Source: Blasia pusilla
Taxonomy: Eukaryota
Direction of reading: 5' to 3'
NCBI GenBank assembly: GCA_050084515.1
Contig: CM114271.1
Coordinates: 11,656,001-11,720,000 of the forward strand
Length of the DNA stretch: 64,000 nucleotides
Under the pieces are notes generated by a model. That model was not told the origin of the DNA, did no database searches, and was given only the letters and a program-made list of their open reading frames with translations. The translations under genes were made by a program, and so were the position numbers. This document shows, piece by piece, positions 12,501 through 25,073 of the stretch. Numbering within the stretch: the stretch's first letter is position 1; each line of letters starts with the position of its first letter.

Positions 12501-12830
12501 ACTCCGGGCCAAGTTCGGGGTTGAGAATCGCAATGTAACGCGGCATCTTGCTTGTAGTGTACTTTGTAGCTGCACATACGGCAGCCTGAATAAACTTTGC
12601 ACGCTCTGACGCTGACACGTTCTCCCTTCGCTCCAGTTCCAACGAAGCACTCTTCTTAGCGACCTGGATCTTGGACCAATATAGGATTGTGACGGCTGCA
12701 TTTTGGGAAATGAAGGTATTTGCCTAGGTCTTCTTTTTTATTTGAGCTCGCTTCGCCAGCATCTCATTTACCAGATCGTCGCCCAAGAATCCCTTATACT
12801 CTGTCGGGTGCGTCGTAAGCACCTTCTTCA
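9535..12830 (-). pseudogene. Large multidomain gene with a beta-class N4C/N6A (N6_N4_Mtase-like) DNA methyltransferase domain; one intron at 10387-10973
   Basis: Motif IV VDLLISDFPFG, then AYLSDRGCFLV and SWVIKN; after a phase-0 GT-AG intron, EKSPALMQMLIELCSRLGDSVFDLVGLSGASIRGA*HNGRNILCLE (motifs X-I-II). ORFs 12112-12642 and 11368-11949 share one frame, and 10111-10335 and 9535-9885 share one frame. Confidence 0.75.
10470..10930. repeat. Cluster of TGCAACCCGTCGGANTCCGACGGGTTGCA-type palindromes inside the MTase intron
   Basis: For example TGCAACCCGTCGGGATCCGACGGGTTGC near 10472 and GCAACCTATCGGAGTCCGACAGGTTGC near 10520; further copies at 8925-9400. Confidence 0.9.
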
Positions 12831-13799
12831 TCCTATCGCAACCATTTCGGATTCCCAACTTGTTGGATTTTCGTGGGTGCAGGGTCGAAGGAAATCACTT
12901 CTCAAAATCTTTCCTTTCTTATGGTGAGCTTGCTTGCAAGGGATGCAAGCCATCTGATTTCGATGGGTTGCAAGAGTTGCAACCTGTAAAGTTCCAACGA
13001 GTTGGGAGGGGTGCAGCTTCTCGGTTTCTCTGATTTAGGATCTGAATGAAGGGACATCAGTTCCTCTTTACTCCACACAACTAACAATATTTTGGTTCAA
13101 TTATCGTCTCATGTGTTCACATTTCACAAAGTTGGTCTTGAGCAGACACCACTCATAACCAACAGAAAGTTGTTTATGAGGCAATTCAGGGGAGGCCATG
13201 ATGCAGGCAACAATCCTTGCAAAAAGAGAGGTTGGCATCGTACCGATGCGCTTCCGGGTGGTCCTCCAACAAAAATACCCATGGGCACTGCTTATTGTAG
13301 ACCAAGACATGCAATGTTAAGAAACTTAGGCTCACATGGAGAGTGATGGAAAAATGTTTGTAGTGGTCTTATGATGTCTACTTTTTTTTCGCCCCTTGGA
13401 AAAAGGAGGTTTCTTTAGGCCCGAATGTGGACCACTACCTACTCTCTTTTAAAGATTTCATGAATTTGAAAGCAAACAGAAATTTCAAATATGTCAAAAA
13501 GTTTTGAAGAGAAGAGGCGGATTTGGCCCTTTTTTTTCTAAGAGAGACTCTCCTCTCTTCCTCTCTTCCTCTCCTCTCTTACTCTCTCCTGCCAGAATAC
13601 CAGCCCCCCGCTTCCGCACGCCATTCTCCTGTACAAAAAATCAACAATGAAAAACAACAAACTGAGCGGCCCTTGCTTCCGTGAGTACTCCCATGACCCG
13701 CTGAACGGGGAACATGGTCCCCAACTTGCACCAACAGCAAGCTCTTCCATTGAAGCTCTCTCACTCCATCATTCTCTCTATGTAAATCAACCAAATCAC

Positions 13800-16000
13800 T
13801 CCATCACGATAACAAGGTCTCACACCAAGCTCTCCATGGTGTGCACTCTCTCTCATGTCAAACCAAACCCACTCTCCTAATGAGAGGCTTGGGTTGCACA
13901 TACAAGGCAAGGAGGACCATAGCTCCGCTGCTTCATGCCTAGAGGTTCAACAAAGAGAGAATGAGCTCTCAAGCTCTCTCTCTTGGGGGTATATCCCCTT
14001 CCCTCTCCCAAACCCTATCCACGGTAACCTATGCTCGCAGGTCACCTCCTTGGCTCTTGACGTATTGAAGCAGTTCAAAGGACACTTCCCAAAGTGGAAA
14101 GTCCACTATACAAAAAATTTACCCAAAATAGTAGGTTTCTCAATATGGCTCCAAATAAGCCAAAAAAAAAGGGAAATCTATTCTCATAAGTTATCCGTGG
14201 CCTTATGAACCCTACCCACAATTTTGAACTTTTGAAGAAATACATCTTTTTTTTCAATGAATATTTATATATACATTATGATTTTGATTATTATATATTA
14301 TTATGGGAAGGAATGAGTAAGATTAAAGTGAATCACGAAGCTCCAAGAACAAGACAGAGAGATAGAAAATCAAGGATTTGCCTAAGAGGAGAGGAGAATA
14401 AAATAACGAAGTCTAAGGACCCAGCAAGAAGCTTTGGAAGGACAACGAAGCTCTGTTAAGCTCTGTCTATGAAGTGCTTCGCGCTATAACGAAGCATAAC
14501 GAAGCGTAAGAGAAAGAAGTACTTCGCTCTTGAACGAAGCTCGAAGAACGAAGCATGTGAAACAAGAACAAAGAATAGAGCGCTTCGTCTTCAGATCAGG
14601 AGAAAGAGCTTCGTCCTCAAGCGAAGCAAAAGAGGTCCGGACTTAGCAGCGAAGCGAATCTAAGATTGACAATGATTTCAAGCGACACATAGTTAGAACA
14701 ATTAGAATAGGAAAAGACACAACCCTTTGTATCAGATTGGTAGTTATGACAATTTTATTCTACGGATTCATAGGGATCTTAGGAAAAGAAAAGAGCACCA
14801 TAGATCTAGGTAGTTACAAATGTTGAAGAGACACCAACTTCATAAAAAACGTTTCGAATCTTTGGATCACTCCTCCTTCAGAGAGCATTTAAGAAGCATA
14901 GAAGTAACTATCATCATCATTCTCTTACAAAGTCCTTATGTTGTAGGAATGGTCCGAGCAAGGGGAGTAGTACCCTCTTGAGCTTGTATACCCTTTTGAA
15001 GCTTTCTCATTCTTGATGGAGTAGTAAAGCAATCATTCATTCATTCTGATGTGTGATGCTTATGTTTGAGTATTCTTTTTGGGTCTGCAGAGTGAAGAGT
15101 GAATCAGGCAAACCTTTCTCATCACTGGAATAATCAACATAAAGTTGTGGGAAATCTGTTTGACAAAGAGTAGCATGCCGAGACGGATTGAGTTCCGAAA
15201 GTAGGAGAAGCCAGCTTTCATGTTGAGGTCTCTGTGAGGTTTCTTGATATCGAGAGGAAATCTACCCAAACATGTTGTCAACTCCATTAGAGAGAATTGA
15301 GAAAAGAAACTTTGGTACTAGGAAAGATCCGAAGATATTGATAAGACATTGAATATAAATCATACACATTTAAATACAACTATTACAACAGAATTGTAAT
15401 TTCGAACTGTCTTTTCATCAAACGATGATCCTCTTGGGGATCGAACTTAGTAAACGACTGTAAAATAGAAACTCTTGTACATTACACCTTAGTAAATCAT
15501 CCTCAACCTCTTGAGGCTGTCCTCCAGTATCTTCGAAGATGCTTTACTAGATCTCATCGATCTATCCTCATAGATGTGACATCGTCGATATGCACCCAAA
15601 CACACTCACGTTAGTGTGATCTGGGTCAATCGGCACTAACCCACCAAGTTCTCGACTCCGAAACTCATCAAACTCAACCTTCCCTCATTCCTAGGTTCCC
15701 AACACGGGCAAGTCTCAGAAGACTTGGGACATACTTTCTGGTTAGTCTAGGCACCTGAAATGACGTTTGCGTGCCTAGCGGTCCCAACTGTCTGATGGAC
15801 CTCGCATGAGCTACCCACCAAAACTCAATGATATGAGTCACAGGTTAGAATCCAATAGGGACCTCCAAAATCCACTCTATTGGACTTGGTTTGGGTTTCG
15901 AATCCCAACGCCAAAACTCTGGATCCATTCCGTGCCCTTGAGTCGCCTCGCGGTGCCCAAAGTGGGATTCGAGTCCCAAGCATCCTTGGAGATCTTCCCC
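13800..16000. repeat. Dispersed repeat family, interrupted by the solo LTR
   Basis: 13850-14205 and 15487-15580 match about 115-580; 15660-15810 matches 46020-46170 in inverted orientation. Confidence 0.75.
14206..15486 (+). mobile_element. Solo LTR related to the LTRs of the 17.1-25.1 kb gypsy element
   Basis: TG...CA termini, perfect CCTTA TSD (14201-14205 and 15487-15491), colinear with 17151-18378. Confidence 0.92.
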
Positions 16001-16844
16001 CTTACTAGTACTTATGGGGATATCTGCCCTCCCCCTACCTTTCGGGGAAGAGGCATCCGAACCCCTCTTATTGGCCCTCAATCCGACTCCTCGTACAATC
16101 ATTTTTGGCAAATATCTCAGCCTCTGCTTGAGCATTTGCCAAGATCTTTGTTGTGTTAGAATCTGCTCCACATAAGCTTTTTGATGCTACCTTATTTATC
16201 CCAATCAAATCTTGGGGCTAAAAGTGATGGTCAAAAATACAGTAAAAAACTCCAAACACTAGCCACGTCCCAAGTATGGTTCTCACCCCTTGGCTACGTC
16301 TCGTCCCAGACTCGACTCCTCTCAAGTCTGGGTTCGCATTTGGTTTCGGTTTTCTAGTCGCAACCATAGACGCATGAAACACTCGAAACGCTAGCCTCGC
16401 TCGCATCTCACACTTGTGTTTCCTAACTTGTCTCTTCTTGAGACTTCTTCAAAGCGCAAAACCATCATAGCGTGAGCTCGCTAGAGTTCGGATGTTCCCT
16501 TTGGTGCTCGTTTGGTTATGAGGGTCGTGATATACGAGATAAACGTCTTTGAGTGGAAAAAGGAAATGAAGCAACCGTGGCACAACAAAGCAAAGACTCA
16601 GATTACTCGGGAAACCAGATTACAACGGAGGAGCCAATCACATTATTTGATCCACGAGGAAGCCAGGTGCGAAATGCCAAAGTTGAGAGGAGAGATGAGC
16701 CAAAGACCGAAAAGAAATGTTTTTGCAGTGAAAAAAAAGTGAAATAAGGTGAATGACAAAGCTGATGGTGTGTGGTGGATAGTCGGTTGTAGCTGCAAAC
16801 TCCGAACTCCTCATCGCACGCATGAGCTCGACAACTCCTGCCAA

Positions 16845-16938
16845 GATTCGCATGAGCGCGATAAATCTTGCCAGGCTTGATGGAGGATCGATTCGCATGA
16901 GCGCGATAAATCTTGCCAGGCTTGATGGAGGATCGATT
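16845..16938. repeat. 45-bp tandem duplication
   Basis: GATTCGCATGAGCGCGATAAATCTTGCCAGGCTTGATGGAGGATC occurs twice in tandem. Confidence 0.9.
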
Positions 16939-17150
16939 GAGCATGAGAGGTAAGGCATAAACGACCGTGGCAATACCAAGGAGTAGCGATGGAGGTGCAA
17001 GCGAAGCTGCTGCACTCGCGCGAGGAATTCAAATGATGGCTGCCTCTAATTGCCGTCTTCTCGAGGAATTCAGGTTGGGACAAATTGATCATTAAGCGCG
17101 ACGGTCCAAGTAGCATCCTCCTCCCTAGGAGACTGACTTATGAGCATATG

Positions 17151-18388
17151 TGTGATATCCACAAGTTTGTACTTTTGAAAAAATATATCTTTTTATTCAA
17201 CGAAGATTCTTGTGCATCATGGTTTTGATTATTATTTATTATTATGAGGAAGAATAAGTAAGATTAAAGTGAATTACGAAGCTCCAAGGACAAGGCAGAG
17301 AGATAAAAAATCAAGGATTTGCCTTAGAGGAGAGGGGAATAAAATAACGACGTTTCAAGACCCTAAATCAGCAAGAAGCTTCGGAACGATAACGAAGCTC
17401 TGTCTACGAAGTGCTTGGCTCTATAACGAAGCATAACCAAGCAGGAAGAAAAAAAGAAAGAAGTACTTCGTTCTTATGTGCAAGCACAAGCACCTTAAAC
17501 AAGAACGAAGAATGGAGCGCGTCCTCAAGAAGTCCAATGGCGTTTAAGCTAAGAATGACAATGATTTCAACCGACACACCGTTGTAACATTTAGACTAGG
17601 AAAGGGCGCGACCCTTTGTATCAGATAGATAGTTAGGACAGTTTTGTTGTGCGGATTCACAGGGATTGTAGGAAAAGCTAAGATAACCATAGATCTAGGT
17701 AGTTACAAATGCTGAAGAGACACCACCTTCATCAAGGACGCTTCGAATCTTTGGATCACTCCTACTCCAAATGAGTATTTAAGAAGCAAGACGAAGCCAT
17801 AATCATCATTCTCTTACGAAATCCTTATGCTGTAGGAATGGTTCGACCAAGGGAGTAGTACCCTCTCGAGCTTGTATACACTTTGAAGCTTTCTCATTCT
17901 TGATGGAGTAGTAAAGCAATCATTCATTCATTCATTCTGATATGCGATGCTTATGTTTGAGTATTCTTTTTGGGTCTGCAGAGTGAAGAGTGAATCAGGC
18001 AAACCTTTCTCATCAATGGAATAATCAACATAAAGATTGTAGGAAATCTGTTTGACAAAGAGTAGCCTGCCGAGACGGATTGAGTTCCAAAAGTAGGAGA
18101 AGCCAGCTTTCTTGTTGAGGTCTCTGTGAGGTTTCTTGATATCGAGAGGAAATCTACCTGAGCATGTTGTTAATTCCACTAGAGAGAATTGAGAAAAGAT
18201 CCCTTGGTACTAAGAAAGATCCGAAGATATTGATAAGATATTGAATATAACTCATACACATTTAAATACAACTATTACAACAGAATTGTAATTTCGAACT
18301 GTCTTTTCATCAAACAATGATCCTCTTGGGGATTGAACTTATTAAACGACTGTAAAATAGAAATTGTTATACATTACATATAGCAAAA
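17151..18388 (+). repeat. LTR in inverted orientation relative to the adjacent element
   Basis: TGTGATATCCACAA...CATTACATATAGCAAAA, a near-identical reverse complement of 23834-25073. Confidence 0.92.
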
Positions 18389-21300
18389 TGATCAACCCAT
18401 TGGCTTTAGGGTTGTAGGGCGTGGTCTTCCGATGCTTAATGAGAAAGTGGGAAGTTAGAGACTCAATAGTCTTGTTCAAGAAGTGGGTGCCACGATCACT
18501 TACTAATTCCAATGGGTAGCCATACCGAGTGATAATCATTTCGTATAAAAATTTGGCTACTGCCTCACTGTCATCTTTTCGCGTGGCCACCGCCTCGACC
18601 ATCTTGGTACAATAGTCGGTGGAAATAAGGATATAGCCGCCGTATTTGGCGAGTAGCGGGGGGATAGGGCCCACAAAGTCAATACCCCATTTTTCTAAAG
18701 GAGCTAGGGGCATGATGGGTACCAAAGGCCACCGCGAGGTAGCCGTTGGTCGACCTGCTCTTTGACAGGCATCACAACTTTTGATAAAGTTACCTACATC
18801 TTTGAACATAGTTGGCCACCAATAATGTGCGGCCAAGATTTTCTTAACGGTATTTTTTACAGCGTTGTGTCCACCAGAATCAACCCACATGCATGGCTCT
18901 GATGACGTGGGGGATTTCTTCTGCTTCCAAAAATCGCCGATACTCTTCATCTGCACCTAATTTGAATAGTATCCCCTGACATATCTCATATGGTCCTATC
19001 TTATGCAAAAAGACTACTTGTTCCTCCGCTGTCATAGGGGCGGGAAGTCGCAGAGTAATTAAAAAGCGCAAAATATCTTCATAAAAAGATTGGCACAACC
19101 GATCCTCCGTGATCTGGAACAGGTCTTCATCGGGAAAGGTGTCATCCACGGATTCTATGAGGTCCGCGTTCGTCATCCTCAACCGGGAAAGAAAATCCGC
19201 ATTGGTATGAATCTTGCCGGCACGGGTAACGACATCAAATGTGAATTCTTGGAGCAACAGGATCCATCGCGCAATGCGACCTGACAGGTCCGCCTTTACC
19301 ATTAATGGTCTGAGCGCGAAATGATCTACATGGAAGACAAATTCGTACCCTAATAAATAGTGTCGGAACTTTTTACACGAGAAGACCATGCCTAGCGCCT
19401 CTCATTCGGTAGTTGTATATTTCTGCTCCGCTGAATATAGTTGCCGGCTTGCGTAGTAAACCAGGAAGTCATGTTTATTTTCATCAAGTTGGCTGAGCAC
19501 CACTCCAATGGCAAACGAGGATGTGTCCACATATACGTGGAAGGGTTTGGTCCAATCGAGGGACCGAAGTATAGGAGCCTTTTGCAATGCTCCCTTTAAG
19601 GCGTCAAATGCCGCTTGGCAGGATGGGGTCCACTCTCATTCGGTAGCTTTTTTAAGTAATGCGGTAAGAGCTCCTGCTTTCACTGTATAATCTCTAATAG
19701 ATCGTCGATAATATTCGACGTGTCCCAAGAATCCTCTCAATTCTCGGAGATTGGTGGGTGGTTCCAATGCGACAATAATATCCACCTTGGCCTTGTCGAC
19801 TTCAATTCCTTGAGCTGACACTCTGTGCCCCAACAAAATCCCTTGTTTCATGGCAATATACAATTTTTCCAGATGGAGGGACAAATGCACTTCGCGACAA
19901 CGAGCGAGGTTTAATTCTAATTTTTTGAAGTGTTCGGCCTCTGTACTGAAGATACAAAAATTGTCCAGGAAAATTTCAACAAACTTCCGCAGATACTCTT
20001 GGAAGATGGAGATCATCATTCGTTGGAAGGTAGCTGGCACATTGCATAACCCAAAGGGCATCACACGATACGCGAAAGTTCCCCAGTCCGTGGTGAAAGT
20101 TGTGAGGGGCCGATCTTTTTCTCGTATGGATACCTGGTTATAACCCGAGTATCCATCCAAAAAGGTATAACGCTCGTGGCCAACAACTTTGTCCAAAATA
20201 CTATCAGTGAAAGGTAGGGGATGATGGTCTTTTAAGGTGGCCGAATTTGATTTCCGATAATCCTGGCACACTCTGATTTTTCCCGTTTGTTTTTGGGTAC
20301 AATCACAATGGGAGACACTCACTCGCTACTTAACATACGATAAATTATTCCTGCCCAAAGACGATGGTCGATTTCACCCTTGACTAACAACGAGTACTTC
20401 GGGTTGAGGCGATACTGCCTCATCCGTACCGGGACCGCACCTTCTTTAGGTCAATTCGATGTTCACCATACCATGCTAGAATGCCTGTCATTTCATCCTT
20501 GGAGTATGCAAACACATCTTAATACTCGAACAACAACGTTTTATACTTAATGAGTTTGGTTGGAGACAAATCCGCCGAGAGGAGTAGAGACTTCTGACCT
20601 GTAATTAAGACTTGTACGTAGTCCTTTTCTTGAACCATGTTTTCTGTGAACTGGAATATGCTATTACCCAGCTTCTCTTCCTCTCGCGTCGACTTCTGTT
20701 TGCTAGGTACCGACTCCTCGTCTATTTCATAACATTCTAAATAATACACATTGGACAAGGACTCAGTAGCTGTAGTTTGCTCTTGATCTGACCTATAGCC
20801 TTCATCGGTCGGTGGCGTTTCTCCTTGGGGTGGTCGTGATTTCCACGACACCTTGATGAGCCACTTTGAGACATGGTCCGGAGCCTAGAACGTGAATCGT
20901 CTCCTTTTCTAGTCCGTAGTCACTCTCGCACCGTACAACCATGGTCTTCCAATAAGCAAAGGATAGCCAGTGGCTGTTAGGGGTTGCAATACTAAGTAGT
21001 CCAACAGAAATAGCATCCCGCCAAGCATGGTCGAGATCTGAGTGAGCTGTACGAGGGGTCGCTTCCGGGACTGATCCGCGAACCGCAGATACTTGTCGGT
21101 GGGCTCGTACTCCGTGTATCCTAGTGCCCGGGCCGTCTATTCCGTCATAATGTTAATTCCGCTTCCTGAGTCAATGGGGACCTTCTTAATGGTGTGTCCC
21201 TCAATCTCCACTTCTACCTCTGGTGCTCCCAAATCTTCCACTTCGATACGTAACAGATCCACTACTGGTAGATTCTTTGCAGACTTCTTGGGTTTTCTAC

Positions 21301-23809
21301 GGCTTATCTTCCACTGCTGCAAAATTTTGCCGTACATAGGGTTATCCATTAATAATTGCAGCAGGGTTATATTGGCCGGGGTTGACACCAAGTCCCTGAG
21401 TAAGTCGTAGGCTTCTAAGACCAAAGGTGACGTCACGATGGCTTGCACTGCCCGAGTCGTTCCGATTCTCGTCTTCTCTATGGTCTACCTCCCTTCTGGC
21501 CCCTAGTCGTGACGCACTTGAGCCCGAACCTGGTCCTCGATATCCTGATGGAAGTACTTAGGGTGACTTCGATCGAAGGCCGGGTCAACATCGCCTTTTA
21601 GGATGGCCTTCCCGACACGGAAGGCATCGACACTTTTCATCTTGGGGTCTTTAGCTTCGCGCAAAGACGAAGCATCTTTCCTTGCCTTGGGGGTCCCAGC
21701 GGTCTGATTCTTGGACCTCGTGGTGACAACAAGAACGGTGTCTTGGAGCTCCTTGGGCCAGTCCGATGATTCTTTGGCCGCCGTTCTGTCCGAGTCCTCC
21801 TCCCTGATAGTGACTCGCCTTGGCCTGGGGGACCCTAACTCTTCCACTCAGACGAGTTGCACATTTACGTCATTCTTGGACTCTGGTTGGGCTGTTGGGG
21901 TGTTGACATACTTTACCAACAACCGCGGGACCTTGGGCTTCGGGCATTCCACTTCAGTGTGCCCGCCCTTCTTGCAATTTCCGCATAATGGATTGAGTCC
22001 TATTGGCCGCTTTGGATTTGGGCAATTATTAGCCCAGTGGTCAACTGCCCCGCAATTATAACAACAATTCCTTTTTATGGGTGGCGTGAAGGCTGCCGCG
22101 CCCATAATCTGTCTTAGGGGTCTTTTTTCCCCGTATTCTGGAGGCATATATTGGGTGATCCAACTTCGTCCGGGATTGGGTGGTGGCACAGCTTGGATTG
22201 CATAGCACCCTTCCCACTGTTCGGGTTCATACCACCCTTCTTCTATAGTTGGATCTTCCTAGATCCAACGTAAATCCCTCTGAGTATGACATTCCTGAGC
22301 AGTATGCCCTTGGGTCCGTAGGTACTGCACCAAATGTTGGGCCTCATCCGACCTGGTCATCTTCTCGGATCCTTCGGTGCTTGGGAGAGTGGTGGCGCGT
22401 GCTTTTTCTTTTCCGCTTAGATTTTAAATCTTTTTCGGAGTCCGAGGACTCCGAAGTGTCCCCCATAGAGGATTCCGTGTCTGTGGAAGACGCTTCGTCC
22501 TCCGACAAAGCACTAGTTTGCGAAGAACCTCGTCGTTGGTGACGCCATCTTCGTGTTTTACGGGACTTCTCTGAGGCCTCGTACGCCTCTGCGGAGGCTA
22601 TGACTGCTTCCAAGGAAACTTGTTAGCCTCGCCGGCAGTACCGGTCCATTTCTTTGGACAGTCCTGATACAAACCAATCTACCAATTGTGGGGTAGTAGT
22701 GTGTTCAAGTTTATTCACCAAGCTTCAAAACCTTTGGGTGTATTCCCTGAGAGTTTCCTTCTTTTTACGTTTCAAGTCGCGAAGCTTTGTAAGAAGCCTG
22801 TCCTCGAACTCTAGGTCGCGGAACTCATGAAGAAAGGCCTCCAATTGCCTTTTCTAGGTTTCCGTGACGTCCGCTCCGAGACCCTCATACCATTGGCTTG
22901 CTCTCTTCTTAAGCAGGCTAGGAAATACTCGCAACAAATCCTCCTGTGAGCCTTCCCCATTAGCCTTGGCTACATGGGTAAATTCAAGCACAAAGTTGTC
23001 AACATCATCTCGCCGTCCCCCTGCAAACGTGGGGTATCTTAGTAGCGTCTTCATAGTGTTGGCCATTGGGAATGGTCTGCTGCTGGGTCCCGGGCTTGAT
23101 GCTCGGGAGGGAGGAGGCAGCGGTTCCGATCTAGTTGATTTGGTCGGCTCCAAGTCCCCAAGTCCCCAAAGGGGTTCCAGGTTGACTCTTCGTCCGACTG
23201 TGAACTGGCAGGAGACGTGGTGGGGAGCGTATTCTTATCCCTCTTCTTGCTCTTGGGCTTCGTGCGAAGACAAAGACTGGGAGACACCCCAGGCGGTCTC
23301 TAAGACGGGTGATCTTCTTGTTGCTTACTGCGTCGATCAGCTTGCTGATCTCGCGAAGAGGGCCGAGAGACTTCCATGAGTCCCTTCTGGGATTCGGGAG
23401 CTTACTTCCGCACCCACGGTCACCACAAGGTAGGGGTCCATGGAGGGAAATTAAATCTTCCTAATTCCTAAGCCTGCACGAGTGTGCATGTGCTCTTAAT
23501 CTTCCTGCCAGGTTTTCCTCCCATAAACAGAAGTTCCGGGTCATCATCAAGTACAACTGACGATCATGGGCGAGGCACCGTTCGGTGACTGTTTTTTTTT
23601 ACAATACTAATTAATTGTTCTATCTTTTCTAGCATCGATGCAGCAAACCGGTTGTTATCTTCTTTCATCTATTGTCTGAGGGGGATAGCTAGAGATAGCA
23701 GATGGTCTTCAGTAAGAACTAGCTGGTTGGGTCTTCTAGGAGACGAGGCTTCTTTCCCCGCTCTTGGATTCCCCATTTGTCTCTCTCCCTCTTCAGCAAA
23801 GCTTATGAT

Positions 23810-23826
23810 CCTCGGTAGCCACGCCA
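23810..23826 (-). promoter_or_regulatory. Primer binding site (PBS) of the gypsy element
   Basis: TGGCGTGGCTACCGAGG a few bases after the 5' LTR end ...AGCAACA, resembling Athila-type TGGCG... sites. Confidence 0.65.
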
Positions 23827-23833
23827 AAAAGTT

Positions 23834-25073
23834 TGTTGCTATATGTAATGTATAAGAGTTCTTATTTTACAGTCGTTTAATAAGTTCAATCCCCAAGAGG
23901 ATCATTGTTTGATGAAAAGACAGTTCGAAATTACAATTCTGTTGTAATAGTTGTATTTAAATGTGTATGAGTTATATTCAATATCTTATCAATATCTTCG
24001 GATCTTTCTTAGTACCAAGGGATCTTTTCTCAATTCTCTCTAGTGGAATTAACAACATGCTCAGGTAGATTTCCTCTCGATATCAAGAAACCTCACAGAG
24101 ACCTCAACAAGAAAGCTGGCTTCTCCTACTTTTGGAACTCAATCCGTCTCGGCAGGCTACTCTTTGTCAAACAGATTTCCTACAATCTTTATGTTGATTA
24201 TTCCATTGATGAGAAAGGTTCGCCTGATTCACTCTTCACTCTGCAGACCCAAAAAGAATACTCAAACATAAGCATCGCATATCAGAATGAATGAATGAAT
24301 GATTGCTTTACTACTCCATCAAGAATGAGAAAGCTTCAAAGTGTATACAAGCTCGAGAGGGTACTACTCCCTTGGTCGGACCATTCCTACAGCATAAGGA
24401 TTTCGTAAGAGAATGATGATTATGGCTTCTGTCTTGCTTCTTAAATACTCGCTGGAGTAGGAGTGATCCAAAGATTCGAAGCGTCCTTGATGAAGGTGGT
24501 GTCTCTTCAGCATTTGTAACTACCTAGATCTATGGTTATCTTAGCTTTTCCTACGATCCTTGTGAATCTGCACAACAAAACTGTCCTAACTATCTATCTG
24601 ATACAAAGGGTCGCACCCTTTCCTAGTCTAAATGTTACAACGGTGTGTCGGTTGAAATCATTGTCATTCTTAGCTTCGCTTCGCTGGACTTCTTGAGGAC
24701 GAAGCGCTCCATTCTTCGTTCTTGTTTAAGGTGCTTCGTGCTTCGTACAAGAACGAAGTATTTTTTTTTTTTTTTCTTCCTGCTTGGTTATGCTTCGTTA
24801 TAGAGCCAAGCACTTCGTAGACAGAGCTTCGTTATCGTTCCGAAGCTTCTTGCTGATTTAGGGTCTTGAAATGTCGTTATTTTATTCCCCTCTCCTCTAA
24901 GGCAAATCCTTGATTTTTTATCTCTCTGCCTTGTTCTTGGAGCTTCGTAATTCACTTTAATCTTACTTATTCTTCCTCATAATAATAAATAATAATCAAA
25001 ATCATGATGCACAAGAATCTTCGTTGAATAAAAAGATATATTTTTTCAAAAGTACAAAATTGTGGGTATCACA
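23834..25073 (-). repeat. 5' LTR of the gypsy element
   Basis: Minus strand reads TGTGATACCC...TAGCAACA, followed by the PBS and gag. Confidence 0.92.

Larger units (their letters stand above)
8268..13608. mobile_element. Long-TIR (Mutator/foldback-like) element carrying a methyltransferase gene and no recognisable transposase
   Basis: Termini GGGGGCTGGTATTCTTGCAGGAGAGAGTAAGAGAGG and its reverse complement ending at 13608. Patchy inverted homology continues between about 8268-9080 and 12845-13608. Same tips as the MITE at 4706. No matching TSD seen. Confidence 0.85.
17151..25073 (-). mobile_element. Ty3/gypsy (Athila/Tat-like) retrotransposon with truncated integrase and inverted LTRs
   Basis: gag with zinc knuckles CYNCGAVDHWANNC and CGNCKKGGHTEVEC, protease IDSGSGIN, RT FLDGYSGYNQ / MPFGLCN / FLDN, RNase H DTSSFAIG, integrase WGIDFVGP / SDRGTHF. 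ATATG on both flanks. Confidence 0.92.

Noticed and set aside
8259-13618. TSD for the long-TIR element
   Set aside because: The flanks GATGGTGGA and CGCTTCCGC do not match, so a flanking deletion or rearrangement is possible.
15060-24294. Three similar MELTTC... ORFs (15060, 17928, 24043) as a small gene family
   Set aside because: They lie inside copies of the same LTR and have no recognisable domain.
17151-25073. DIRS-type element (inverted terminal repeats)
   Set aside because: It encodes a DDE integrase and protease, has a PBS and a TSD, shows no tyrosine recombinase, and a related LTR exists as an ordinary solo LTR.
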